A stretch of 63,306 nucleotides of DNA, counting the filler, from Aduncisulcus paluster (taxonomy: Eukaryota), in the NCBI GenBank assembly GCA_024181965.1. It is 11 parts of 11 records of this genome, joined end to end, with 100 filler letters (N's around TTAATTAATTAA, not from the genome) between each part and the next. Parts side by side here need not be neighbours in the genome. Positions count along the whole stretch, not along the records: positions 1 to 19,584 come from BQXS01010240.1; positions 19,685 to 43,465 come from BQXS01010241.1; 9 more parts are not named here. The stretch is one strand, 5' to 3'. Below the pieces are notes generated by a model that saw only the letters and a program-made list of their open reading frames with translations, was not told the DNA's origin and did not search any database. The translations under genes were made by a program, and so were the position numbers. Below, one piece after another: positions 11,406-22,600 of the stretch. The stretch's first letter is position 1; each line of letters begins with the position of its first letter.

Positions 11406-12514
11406 ATGTCAACGGATTTAAAATTCCCCTTCCCAATCTCAACAGAGGGACAATCAACAAAGTTAGTTCTCAATAATTCTTCAAAGAAAAGTATTGTGAT
11501 CCACATTACAAGTAATTTTCCTGCGTTTTTCTCTGCGACTCCATCTACTTGCTTAATTACTCCCAAATCTGCTTCTTCTATTGACATCAAGAAGCTTTCA
11601 GGTGGGACTTTTGTGAAAGGGGCTGCCTTTAGGGTTATTTTATCTCAATATGATCCTAAAACTGACAATTTAACAGAAGAACTCCCAACAGAACTTGAAT
11701 CCTTAGCCTTTCCCGGTGAAGAAAATGAAACTTCTCTACGAAAATATATTGCAGATCCAAAACATCCTCATTCTTCTTTCATTATTCCCGTTAAATTCCC
11801 TAGAGCAAACCCATCTATGGAGAAAAAACTCAAACACCTTTTCGAGACTCGAGTCGACCTTTTGCAGTCTCTTCAGACTGTTCAAGGCAAATTGCATGCC
11901 GAAAAGAAAGAAATTGATAAAATAGCTCACGACAAAGATCAAGAAGAAATGAAATTGGAGGATATTCGGGATTCTATCCGGCGGTTTGATGAGGATGGAT
12001 TGACAGAAGAGGTTGTTCAAATGATAAAATCAAGGAAATTGCAAAAGAAAAAGGCTGAAAAGACCCTTCAAGTTATTGAGAAAAGACACAAAGTCAAGCA
12101 AGAACTATTGGAGATGCAGAACAATTCTGCGATCTTATGCTATGCTTTATCGGCTTTGTTCATTGTATTGGTTTTATTTATTCATTTTAAANNNNNNNNN
12201 NNNNNNNNNNNGAAAAGAAAGAAATTGATAAAATAGCTCACGACAAAGATCAAGAAGAAATGAAATTGGAGGATATTCGGGATTCTATCCGGCGGTTTGA
12301 TGAGGATGGATTGACAGAAGAGGTTGTTCAAATGATAAAATCAAGGAAATTGCAAAAGAAAAAGGCTGAAAAGACCCTTCAAGTTATTGAGAAAAGACAC
12401 AAAGTCAAGCAAGAACTATTGGAGATGCAGAACAATTCTGCGATCTTATGCTATGCTTTATCGGCTTTGTTCATTGTATTGGTTTTATTTATTCATTTTA
12501 AATTGCAAGATTGA
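11406..12514 (+). CDS. VAP-like tail-anchored protein (MSP domain, coiled coil, C-terminal TM), about 265 aa after removing an assembly duplication
   Basis: LKFPFP..TKLVLNNSSKKSIVIHITSNFPAFFSATPSTCLITPKSASSIDI fits the MSP pattern; TM AILCYALSALFIVLVLFIHF; 11901-12191 is repeated at 12212-12502 around a 20-N gap. Confidence 0.75.
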
Positions 12515-12702
12515 AAATCTTCAAGTAAATTCTTTTTCAGTGGTGAAATAAGGTTAAGAATATAATCAAAACAAATTAAAATGATTGAAAGCTTCTTATT
12601 TACCCTAAATCTGATCGAGGAAGGAAAAATCAAATTTTGAATGATTCTGCGAAAAAATAAAACAAACCCCCTTTCGCGGTGAAAAGCATATAAAGAAAAA
12701 TA

Positions 12703-13268
12703 ATGGCAAAAAGAATAGAACATGTATGTATTTTTACAAATATTTCCCGCATTTGGATTGCTAATTCTGTCTATCTAATCCTTCTACTCTAAATTATTAA
12801 CTTCCACTCTTATTCTGCTCCTTTTATCATTTATACCAATAGGAATTAAAAAAGCTGAAAACTGAGTTACCTCCAGGTTATGAAGCTCATGTTGTTGATG
12901 ATGATTTATTCAAATGGCAGGCTACAATCATTGGGGCTGCAGGAACACCCTATGAAGGTGGTAGATTTAAGCTTTTGATTGATCTTCCAACTGATTATCC
13001 GTTTAGACCACCTAAAGTTGTATTTGAAACTCGTGTTTTCCACCCTAATATTCGTGAGTCCGGTGAAATATGTTTGGACATTCTTAGACCAAAGGAATGG
13101 GCACCTTGTCTTAACATCAGCAAAGTTTTGATTTCTATTTGTTCACTTTTGACCGATCCAAACCCTGCTGATCCTTTAAATACGGAAGCCGCTGAACTCA
13201 TGCAGAAGGACAAGAAGAAATACGAAGAAAAAGTGAGAGAATATGTTGAATCGTATGCTACAAAATAA
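12703..13268 (+). CDS. Ubiquitin-conjugating enzyme E2, UBC4/5-like, 148 aa; exons 12703-12723 and 12843-13268
   Basis: MAKRIEH|ELKKL...GTPYEGG.F...YPFRPPKV...FHPNI..GEICLDIL (HPN motif and catalytic Cys); splicing restores the conserved KRI..EL helix. Confidence 0.95.
12724..12842 (+). other. Spliceosomal intron (119 nt, phase 0) in the E2 gene
   Basis: GTATGT donor, pyrimidine-rich body, ...CAATAG acceptor; removal gives an in-frame E2. Confidence 0.9.
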
Positions 13269-13457
13269 GATCCTTATATCCATAAATAAACATTATTTCT
13301 GTGCTTTTGGTTTTATTCAGTGATCCAATCATTTCCAATAAATTTATTAAATTAAAATGGGTTATGTATTTAAATTTAAAACAAAAAGACCAGATATTTA
13401 TGCAATATTCAAGCATTATTAGTGGCCAGAATAAAAAATCGGTTTTGACACAGAAAT

Positions 13458-14591
13458 ATGAGCAAAACATATGGGATTGAACTCAAAGAAATATTTGAAC
13501 GTTGTGATAACTCTATTCCTCCATTTTTTATCGAAGGATGCCAATGGTTAATGAAAAATGGAATGAAAACCGAAGGTTTGTTCAGAATTCCTGCTAGAAA
13601 TAAGGATCTGCAAACGTGGCGTGAAAAATTAGATGAAAATCCTGCTACTTCGATCAATTCCGTGACTTCTCCACATCTTGTTGCTGGAATATTGTCTTAT
13701 TTCTTAAGAGAGCTTCCTACCCCTTTATTTCCTTCTTGGATGTTTTATAGATTACATTCTGCTGTAGAAATGGACAATCCCCGACGCTTTGCGGAGGTAT
13801 TGTGTACTCTTCCAGGGCCCCATTTGGCTCTTGTTCGTACTTTTTTCCCAATATTATTTGAACTGTCAATCCATCAAAAAGATACACTGATGGCTCCAGT
13901 TGCTATATCCGCATGTTTTTTACCCATACTCCTCACCCATCCACAAGGACAGGTGGTTTTGATAATGCAAGCCGAGTATCGTGAGCAAGGGCGAGCTATC
14001 CTTGAAAACTTAGTTTCCAAGTGGAAAGAGATTGAAGAACATATCGTTGAATTGATCAAGAGCTTCGAAGTGAAGATAACTATGAAAGTACGTAAACCTA
14101 GACGTCCTGGACAGACCGAGGAGGAAGATGTCCGGGACGACTTTAAAAAGAAAAAAGAGGATGATATTAGGACTATTGAACGAACAAGGAAAGCTATGGA
14201 AGAAGCTTTGACAAAGGAAGAGGAGGAGAGCAAATTGAAGAAAGCTCATGATGAAAAAGAAAGTGAGAGAAGAACACAGTTGGAAAGAGAAAGAAGTGCA
14301 GTTAAGCGCGAACAGGAAAAGACCCGAGCATTAGTGGTACCAGCCCATTCCACCCAATCTTCGTCTTCTGTGTGCAAGACAACTTCTTCTACTCCAAAAC
14401 TTAACAAGACAACTCACATAATGAAATATCCATTTGTAGCGGAAGGAAAGGGTGAAATATCTGTTAAAAAGGACGAGAAGATATGTGTTAGGAAAAAATT
14501 GGAAAGTGGATGGTGGTTGGTGAAGAAGAAGAATGGGAAAAAAGGATACGTACCCGGCTCACATTGCGAAAAGATAATTAAACATTTCTAG
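13458..14591 (+). CDS. RhoGAP domain protein with coiled coil and C-terminal SH3 domain
   Basis: YGIELKE..IPPFF..EGLFRIP (Arg finger), LSYFLRELPTPLF; SH3 YPFVAEGKGEISVKKDE..SGWW..GYVPGSH. Confidence 0.92.
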   Translation: MSKTYGIELKEIFERCDNSIPPFFIEGCQWLMKNGMKTEGLFRIPARNKDLQTWREKLDENPATSINSVTSPHLVAGILSYFLRELPTPLFPSWMFYRLHSAVEMDNPRRFAEVLCTLPGPHLALVRTFFPILFELSIHQKDTLMAPVAISACFLPILLTHPQGQVVLIMQAEYREQGRAILENLVSKWKEIEEHIVELIKSFEVKITMKVRKPRRPGQTEEEDVRDDFKKKKEDDIRTIERTRKAMEEALTKEEEESKLKKAHDEKESERRTQLERERSAVKREQEKTRALVVPAHSTQSSSSVCKTTSSTPKLNKTTHIMKYPFVAEGKGEISVKKDEKICVRKKLESGWWLVKKKNGKKGYVPGSHCEKIIKHF

Positions 14592-14846
14592 GAATTCCCT
14601 ATCATATCATTAATTATATTATATTACATCAATTTATTTACTTGATCAATCATATTTCAAGGTTTTTTGGCTCATTTCTCCTATTTTCAATAAATAAAGG
14701 ATTTACATGACAAATCAAAGCGCAAATTCATTAACTGATCATAAATAATTATTTCGATGTAATAATTATAATATCTCCAAATGTTCACTCCATATAATAC
14801 TCATTTCGTTATTTTCTTGTGACTCTAAATATTTTATTGTTTTAAA

Positions 14847-17800
14847 ATGAAACGGATAAAATATTCTGGAGGTATTTTACTTCGTGACAGTCTTAAAATG
14901 TTTGATAATTATGCATTTTCAGCGGAACCCACCGATTCGAGCTCATTACCTCCATTATCAACATCAAAGAGTTCTATCCCTTTAAGAAGAGCTTTAAATC
15001 CAACTAGAAATATGTTAAAACCACCTAAAACGTCAACAATAGAAAGGTTTATGAAGAAACCAAAACGAAGGAAAGATGGATTTATAGAAAAGTCAGATAT
15101 TGATTCTATGTCTCTTATTATAACACCAAATACCTCTAAAATATCTCCAAGGGCTATTTCTCATATTCCACAAGGTATTCAATCCTGTTCAATCGAAGAC
15201 AAAGTATCCCGACCTCCGATCTCTGCTCCTGCTGTTTCACACGAACGGATGGGGAAAACATCAACATTTTCGCGATCTAGATCCTCTGGAGCCTTTGGTA
15301 TTCGACCTTTTGGAAGAGGAGTTGAAGATGAAGAAAGGCAACAACATAAATTGCTTGAAAGCCAGCTTTTGGCCGAAGAAGATGCTGTTAGAAGACAAGC
15401 CTTGCATGATGCAATACGTGCTAAGACCGCTCAAGTTCTTGTCACAGGCTTCGGTCAGCGTACTCAATATATCCCCGGATCGGTCCCTCAATTCGATTAT
15501 TCCAGTTCCAAGAATAGGACATTTCCATCCTCTGTTATTCAACAGGCTCAAATTGAGACCACTCCCCAAAATAGTGATCGTCCTTACTCAACAACCAGTG
15601 CCATTGTTAATCCTCCAAGTGCGTATATTCCTCAAGTTATGAATCGAAATATGTCCAAATCTTCTCAAAAACTATATCAAAAATCTCCTATTGCCAGACC
15701 TCCGACTGTTTCGCGTGGAGGTTCGCGGCAATCTCGGTCAACTGGTGTGGGCTTCGTACCATCGTCCAGCATGGATAGTCTTCGTAGTAATTTGACCAGT
15801 GCAGAACTATCCAGACCTTTATTTCACGGCACTAAACAGATTCCACAACCACAGATTATCACAGCCCATGCCAGTGTTCCATCCATATCTGATGCCCTCC
15901 CACCAACGCAAGCTCAGAGCATCACTCATACTTCTGCTTCTGGATCTAGCACTATTCATAGCTCTCATGGCAGGCAGAGAAGACACTCACAGCCCTCGAG
16001 ACTTCCTTCGTCTCATCCCTCTGGGACTCAATTGGACATTGCTAACCCCTCAGGTGATGTGGACACTGGTGCAACTTTATCTGCTATATTGCAGGCACTC
16101 AGGGATGGAGAGCGGGCTAGTGTTGGGAGACTAGGGCTTAAACATGATGGAACTGGTATGGCTGTGCAGGGTATGGCTTCTACCACAATGTCATGGACAG
16201 ATCTCACAGATGAGAGTGTCCGGCGTGCTGTTGCTCTCGCTGCGGCTGAACGATTAGGTCTTGACTTGAATCTTGTTGACTTGTTGGTGCAGAGCGATGA
16301 AGTGATATTTGTTACTGGTTTGCTGGAAGAAATGCGGAAAAGAGAGGAGAAAAAAGTTGTCTCATCCTCACAGAGTCATGGACGATTGATGCGACACAGC
16401 GAAAGTATGATCGGTAAAGGATTAAGGGGCGATGGTGAAGAAGATAGGAATATTGATGAAGAGCTTGCAGAGAGAACCAGGATTTTGACGAGTGCTTTCG
16501 AAAAAAAACTCCGGAGCCATCTTCACACGTTGCATAGGCATGTTGAGCGTCTGCAAAGAGATCATTCAACGCAAATGCGCAAGGAAAGAGAGCAGAAGGA
16601 GAAGAAAATGCAAGTATTGAGCAATCAATATGTAAGTGTTCTTCGTGAGAATAAGGAGCTATTTCGGGAATCTGGTGACCTTGAGCGTGAGTTGGATGTG
16701 ATGAAGAAGAGGACTAAACGACTGGAGGAAGAGATCGTAGCAAAGAATGATGCTATAGAGACTCTCCAAGATGAAGTACAACAAACAAGGGAAGAAATGT
16801 ATCTTCAAATGGAGGAACAGCAACATGGGCTTATGTATAATGGTTCTGGAATGGGGACAGGCATCCACGGTGGTCATGACGGAGATGGACGTCGAATGAT
16901 GGAATCTGAGCATTCTGTGGACCATCCGCCGACAGTTGGAAGGGACTCGTATGGCATGGGAGAAAGTCAGATCTCTTCCGGATCATCTGGCTCTGGTGTT
17001 GGCAGGATACATCATCCGATTGGCACTCCCACACCCGCCCTTGTTGACGCTGTGTTCATGGCACAAGGCGGTGGAACTCCTGGAGGGAGAACAAGCGGAC
17101 ATATACGTGGGTCTGTCCAAGTGAAAGTGCCCACAGGTATCTCTCCTCATCTCTCCGAAACGAAAAGACCCCACACTGCACAGGGATTTATTCATAAAAG
17201 TTCTAAAAATAGAATCGGTGTTCCTACAGGAAGGAATGGGAGAAGAAGTGCTTCCCCATATCCTGGTGGAAGAGGAGCTCTTGTGTGTCCTTCTCCAAAC
17301 CTTATGATCGTTCACTCCTTGCGGGAACAAATCGATCATCTTGAGAAGAGTAACAAAGAAATGAGAAAAGAAAAGAACCGTATCTCTGAGAAAGTTGGTC
17401 TTCTTCGTGAGCTCTGTGGGAAAGAGATGCGTGAAATTGGTGTGGGGAATGAAACTCAAACCAATGGTCCTTCCTCTTCCTCTTCCTCTTCCTCTTCTTC
17501 AGATGGTATGTCTCTCAGTCAACAGTTATCAGGGACGTCTCCAACTTACATCGATAGCACTCAATATCTGATTGAGCAGCTATCATTGGTCGTTTCCTGC
17601 GAAGAAGTCGAACTTAGCTGTCCTGTGTGTGCCCGAATGTTCGAAGGAATTGCCCATTCATCCGAGAAGGAAGAAGAAGGAAAAGGGGCGAAAGGAAAAG
17701 CAAGCACAGTACAATCATCAAATGTGGAATCAAGCACCCCAATGATAGAACATCATCCTTCAAAGAGTGTTCACTGGGATAAGGAAGAAGTTGAGGATGA

Positions 17801-18347
17801 AACTTCAAGTTCAAGTGGATTGGATGGAGATCATGGTGCTCCAAAGATACCCAAGTCAGACCCCTCAAAAGTACGTGAAAAGATGAAGATCCTGTACTCT
17901 CCTTTAACTCGAACTTCAGTCCACTCTCTCTTGACAGAGCCTCAAATATCCAAGAAACCAAGTATTGTGGATCGAATGCATAGGATGGCCGAGGATAAAC
18001 TGAAACGGCTTCTCAAGGGAATTCCTCACACAGAAAAAGGTCTGTTTCACATAGATTCCATTCCACATCCAATATCTCTATTCCCGTGTGGCCATACTGT
18101 GTGTCAGTGCTGTGTTATTGAGGCTATAGCTGAGTCTGGAGATGAGGAAGGAAGAGGTATGAAATGTCCGATATGTGGAGAAAAGGTATTCAGCAAATGC
18201 TTGAATGTCACTCTATCAGCACTTGTTGTACGTTCTGCGCTGAAAAAGGAGATGTTATCGGCTTTGCACTCAAATCTTGGAGTCTTGGCCTCTCTTGTGA
18301 GTCGATTGACTATGTTTATGGATCAATTGAAAGAAATAGAATTCTAA
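14847..18347 (+). CDS. Coiled-coil protein with a C-terminal C3HC4 RING finger interrupted by a long insertion (putative E3 ligase)
   Basis: ELSCPVC ...~150 aa... PISLFPCGHTVCQCC...KCPICGEK..LNVTLSALV; central coiled coil. Confidence 0.75.
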   Translation: MKRIKYSGGILLRDSLKMFDNYAFSAEPTDSSSLPPLSTSKSSIPLRRALNPTRNMLKPPKTSTIERFMKKPKRRKDGFIEKSDIDSMSLIITPNTSKISPRAISHIPQGIQSCSIEDKVSRPPISAPAVSHERMGKTSTFSRSRSSGAFGIRPFGRGVEDEERQQHKLLESQLLAEEDAVRRQALHDAIRAKTAQVLVTGFGQRTQYIPGSVPQFDYSSSKNRTFPSSVIQQAQIETTPQNSDRPYSTTSAIVNPPSAYIPQVMNRNMSKSSQKLYQKSPIARPPTVSRGGSRQSRSTGVGFVPSSSMDSLRSNLTSAELSRPLFHGTKQIPQPQIITAHASVPSISDALPPTQAQSITHTSASGSSTIHSSHGRQRRHSQPSRLPSSHPSGTQLDIANPSGDVDTGATLSAILQALRDGERASVGRLGLKHDGTGMAVQGMASTTMSWTDLTDESVRRAVALAAAERLGLDLNLVDLLVQSDEVIFVTGLLEEMRKREEKKVVSSSQSHGRLMRHSESMIGKGLRGDGEEDRNIDEELAERTRILTSAFEKKLRSHLHTLHRHVERLQRDHSTQMRKEREQKEKKMQVLSNQYVSVLRENKELFRESGDLERELDVMKKRTKRLEEEIVAKNDAIETLQDEVQQTREEMYLQMEEQQHGLMYNGSGMGTGIHGGHDGDGRRMMESEHSVDHPPTVGRDSYGMGESQISSGSSGSGVGRIHHPIGTPTPALVDAVFMAQGGGTPGGRTSGHIRGSVQVKVPTGISPHLSETKRPHTAQGFIHKSSKNRIGVPTGRNGRRSASPYPGGRGALVCPSPNLMIVHSLREQIDHLEKSNKEMRKEKNRISEKVGLLRELCGKEMREIGVGNETQTNGPSSSSSSSSSSDGMSLSQQLSGTSPTYIDSTQYLIEQLSLVVSCEEVELSCPVCARMFEGIAHSSEKEEEGKGAKGKASTVQSSNVESSTPMIEHHPSKSVHWDKEEVEDETSSSSGLDGDHGAPKIPKSDPSKVREKMKILYSPLTRTSVHSLLTEPQISKKPSIVDRMHRMAEDKLKRLLKGIPHTEKGLFHIDSIPHPISLFPCGHTVCQCCVIEAIAESGDEEGRGMKCPICGEKVFSKCLNVTLSALVVRSALKKEMLSALHSNLGVLASLVSRLTMFMDQLKEIEF

Positions 18348-19275
18348 TTGAAATTACAACATATTGAGAGGAGAAGAGATTGGTTTATTCTCATTTTGAA
18401 ATATATTAAATATTAATTTGTTTAACTAATGATGATATCGTCTTATTTTCTTGTATAAAATAGTTACTTCAGATTATGTGCCTTGATGTGTAAATTTACA
18501 TGATATAAAAATAGGTCAGGGATATTTTGTGCAGTAAATGAAACTATCAATCATGGATTGCATCGGCTTTCATTTTTCTACCATAAGAAAGAGAAAAAAC
18601 GGGCAGATCGTTGACTTATTGAGTTATATTAAGCTAAAAAGGTCCGAAAACATTTGTTAACTTTCGATAAATGCAGTAAATGTTTGAATTACGCCCGGTG
18701 AGCGAATCGCTCAGAGCGATCCTGAGTAAGCCATTGAATTTTCACCTTCAATTTTGAATAAATTCAATTTTTCCAATAAATTAAAATTCAAATAATCAAT
18801 AAAATAATCCTTTTCATTTGTAATCGTGAAATAATTGAAAAAGGAGCCAATCATACCAATTCTATGATTTTTCGTAAAAAGAAGGTATTGATTCGGTAAT
18901 TTTACAAGCACAAATCATTTAAGTGTTGTATTATGGTCAAATAGATTGTCAAAAAAAATTCGGCTTGCTTGGCTGTACCGGACGGTTTCTGACAACTTAC
19001 TCGTTCTAAAAATAACTCAACAATTATTCCATGTACACTTACTGAAGATGAAGAGATAATAATAAAATTCATTTCTATCTTGAGGATATGCAAAATTTTT
19101 GAAGTGCAACAGCCGAATAAAGGAAATGGGAGTTTTTTTTTTAGAGGACAATTTTTGATTTTGATAGAGATGAAATTGAGGTTTTGATTACAATTTTTGG
19201 TGTGAAATTACAATCATATCTTGATTTTGTGTGTTATATTATTGTATATTATTCAATATTTGGATGTGTATTAAA

Positions 19276-19584
19276 ATGAAGAGTGTTGGGAAAATTATTG
19301 TGGATTCAGCGGATGATTTTATTAAGATTTTTTCGGGTCCCTATCCTGTTGGACATTCTGATCTATCTGAAATTGATGGATCTAAAGCTCATGGAGATTT
19401 TTATCATGGTGATAAGCATTCTGACTTTTTGAAGTTCTTAAAAAGTGAAAGAAACATCTTCTTCTTTCCCAACTTACATCTTCCATTCATCTCACCACTT
19501 TGTCTCAGCAAGTTTGTTGTTAGTCATCACATTTGGCTGAATGGAATCAAAGATTTCGATGCCACATTCACCACTTCAGATGGA
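19276..19584 (+). CDS. Lineage-specific beta-rich family protein, partial (contig end); paralog of 54458-55039
   Basis: PYPVGHSDLSEIDGSKAHGD...FFPNLHLPF...LSKFVVSH...NGIKDFDATFTTSDG is nearly identical to the 54.5-kb copy. Confidence 0.8.
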
Positions 19585-19684
19585 NNNNNNNNNNNNNNNN
19601 NNNNNNNNNNNNNNNNNNNNNNNNNNNNTTAATTAATTAANNNNNNNNNNNNNNNNNNNNNNNNNNNNNNNNNNNNNNNNNNNN
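19585..19684. other. Artificial contig spacer 44N-TTAATTAATTAA-44N (also at 43466-43565, 46907-47006, 48385-48484, 49809-49908, 52158-52257, 53859-53958, 55865-55964, 57288-57387, 58714-58813)
   Basis: Identical 100-nt structure occurring ten times, with stops in all six frames; genes are truncated on either side. Confidence 0.98.
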
Positions 19685-22600
19685 AAGTTGATCAAAAATA
19701 GGAATCCTCATGTTTTGAAGTGTGAGTTTCTCTCGAGGCGGAACAATAAATCCCTTCTTCTTCTTTTTCTTATCCTTTTTCTCTTGCTTCTTCTTCTCCT
19801 TATCTGCCTTTTTCTGTCTTTTCTTCTCATCCTTGTTGGCTTCTTTCCCGAGTTTCTCTTCTTCAGATCTTTCCTTATCTCTTTGTTTCATTTCCAACTT
19901 GTCTTCCTTCTCCCTGGCTTTCATTAGTGCCTTTTCCTCCTTCTTTTGCTGTTTTGCTGCATTTCCACCCTTTTTCTCCTCCTTTTCCTCTTCATCTTCC
20001 TCTTCTTCCTCCTCCTCTTCTTCACCTTCAGCAGCTTCCTCCCAATCATCAACTTCTTCTGCTTTCTCTTTCCATTGATTTGTGCACATCAAGAAGACAA
20101 GCATGGGAACTGGTAATGAATTACGGATAACCATAGAACGATGAACATCAACAACTGTCATATTACTCTCAGTATGAGCAGAAACAACAAGGTTTTTAAC
20201 ATCTGAGGCAAGAGTTTGCTCCTTTCGAATCTTATTTGCCAAATCTTCTTTCAATTTAAATTTGTTGGCCCGTTCTTTTAATATTTTCTTCTTTTTGTGA
20301 GGTAAAGTTAAAGTAGAAATCTTATCTTCATTAATAATGCAATCTTCCTCTGACAAAGGAGGATAATCAATTAATTGAGCATCAAACATTGAATCCAATG
20401 AAGAACATGGAACAGAGAGTGTTGCAGATCCCGATATTTTTGAAAACAACGGGAAACAAGATGGATTCAAACGATCGGGAAATAATATGGATTGCATGGA
20501 ATTCTGGAACAAATCTTGAGCAAGAATACAATTTGAGGAATCATTAATATATATTCCAACCTGAGAATCCCTTGGAAACAAAGGAATACCAACTATCGTT
20601 TCCATCTGAATTTCTCTATCAATAATCTGCCTTGCTGAGCTTTCTCCTCTTCTGCGGATATCAGGTGACTCCCCTTTCATCTCAATCTGATTGAGAATTG
20701 AAATATAGCTTTTTATCTCCTCCTTGACAATATTATCCTCTTCTTTCTTCCTTTTTTCTTCCTCTTTGAATTTCTTTCGGAGCAATTTTTCTTTCTTTTT
20801 CTCTTCTCGTTTAGCTTCATGTTTTTCATGTTTTTGAATAGATTTTGTCCGATGACGTTCTTTTCTGGTTCTCTTTTCTTCCTCTTTCTCTCGAAGAACT
20901 CTCTCTTCCATTTCCATTCCAAGTGTACGGATTCTTTGTTTCTCTTCCTCCACACTTAACTTTGTAACATCATCTTTCAAGAGCAACTTATGCAAGCGGT
21001 CATCTTCCTCATCAGAAAGTATAACATATTCCATTGAATATTCTTCTTCTGTGTTCTCTTGATCAATATCAATTGAAGGTGATTTTTTCTCTCCGTCCTC
21101 AAGTTCCTCTTCTTCTTCTATGATAGCATCAGCGTGATATGGTGCCTTTCCATGTTTGATACGTTTCAAATTGTTATGAAGATCCTTCTCATGTTCTTCT
21201 CTTGCCTCTTTTCTGATTGTCTCCTCGCCTTTAAAAGTTTTTAGGAATTCTTTCTCTTTTTTATCTTGTTTTTGAGCCCTTTTCTCCATTTTAATCCCGG
21301 ATTTATGCTCTTTCTTCTGTTTTTTCAATTGTTTTCCTTCTTGCTTGCGTTCTTCCTTCCGTTCACTTTCCTTTTTCTTTTCCTTTTGCTTTTTCTTCTT
21401 CTCCTTTTTCTTTTTCTTGGCTTCTTGTGCTTGTTGTTGAACTTCAGAAGTTTGATTTGAAGAAGGTGAAGTCGGTGGAGGTTCATATATTTTTGTACTT
21501 TGAATCGCAGGTATTTGATCTCTTGTCGCAATTGCTTGTTTAGACATTTTCCTTCTTACTTCTGATTGGTCATGTTGCGCATCTTCTGAGATGGAGCTTT
21601 GAATTCCAATGCCTGCTCCGATGGACAATTCATCTTTACACATTGTTGCTTCCTGACAACGTTTTGGGAGTCCCTTAGGAGGACACCAGGCCACAGAAAC
21701 ACTTTCTTCAAGCCAATTACGGATACATATAGTTCCGCTCAAGAAACAACACATCGTTCTTCCGATGGGAAAGATTGATATAAACAAAGAGGAGGGAGAA
21801 GAGGAAGAATCTGAACTGAAAACAGGAATATTGGCAATAGTTTGGAATGGTTTATGAATACGGATACTTACACAAACTCCTCCAATAATAAGGAACAAAG
21901 ATTGCTCAATCTCTTGTTCCTTTTGTGCAGAACGAGAGCCAAGAGTAAATGAATGAGCATTGAGATATGGAATTGTGTTAAATAACGAAGAAGAATAAGA
22001 GAATCTTGGTGGATCAATGATAATTTGAGAGATGGATGAAGACTCAGGAAGAACACTAGTTTCTGGATAAATTACCACAGGTAACGGTTCTTTGTCTTCT
22101 TGATGTTTTGAGTCCTTTTCCTTTTGAGATTGGGAAGCATCGGGGTTTTCATCAAGAAGGTTAGGAGAATCTTCAACAATCTCTGCAGTTGTTGTTTCAA
22201 GGAAGCCCAAGATCTCCAACCCCGTGTGATTCACCACATTAAGAGTTGACGTAGAAAACAGATCGTCATCAAGTTCATTTTCTGCTTCTGGCTCCCTTTC
22301 GTCACTCTCTTTTTTTGTTAAATCTCTTTCATCAAACCCCAATTCTTCTTTTTTCTCAATCTCAGGAATATGGGGTTTACAAACATGAATAATGTTTTCA
22401 AGAACAACAATAGATGAGGAGCTTAACTGATTAACGAACCTCTTTCGAACTCGACCTACAATCTTTTGAGTCTCAGCATCTTCTTTGTTCTTTTGTTTTT
22501 TCTCCTCTTTCTCTTCATTCTCTTGAATGTTCTCAGATGTTTCACTTAAAACAACTTCCTCAGATTCAATATTTTCCTGAACCGATTGAGGTTTCTCTTC

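Noticed and set aside
11901-12502. Direct repeats flanking 20-N gaps (also near 24.3, 26.3, 32.0 and 60.0 kb) that look like tandem duplications or frameshifts
   Set aside because: Exact overlaps on both sides of scaffold gaps indicate unmerged contig ends; removing them restores single ORFs
19629-19640. Recurrent TTAATTAATTAA palindrome between N-runs
   Set aside because: Artificial six-frame-stop linker used to concatenate contigs; adjacency across it is not biological synteny
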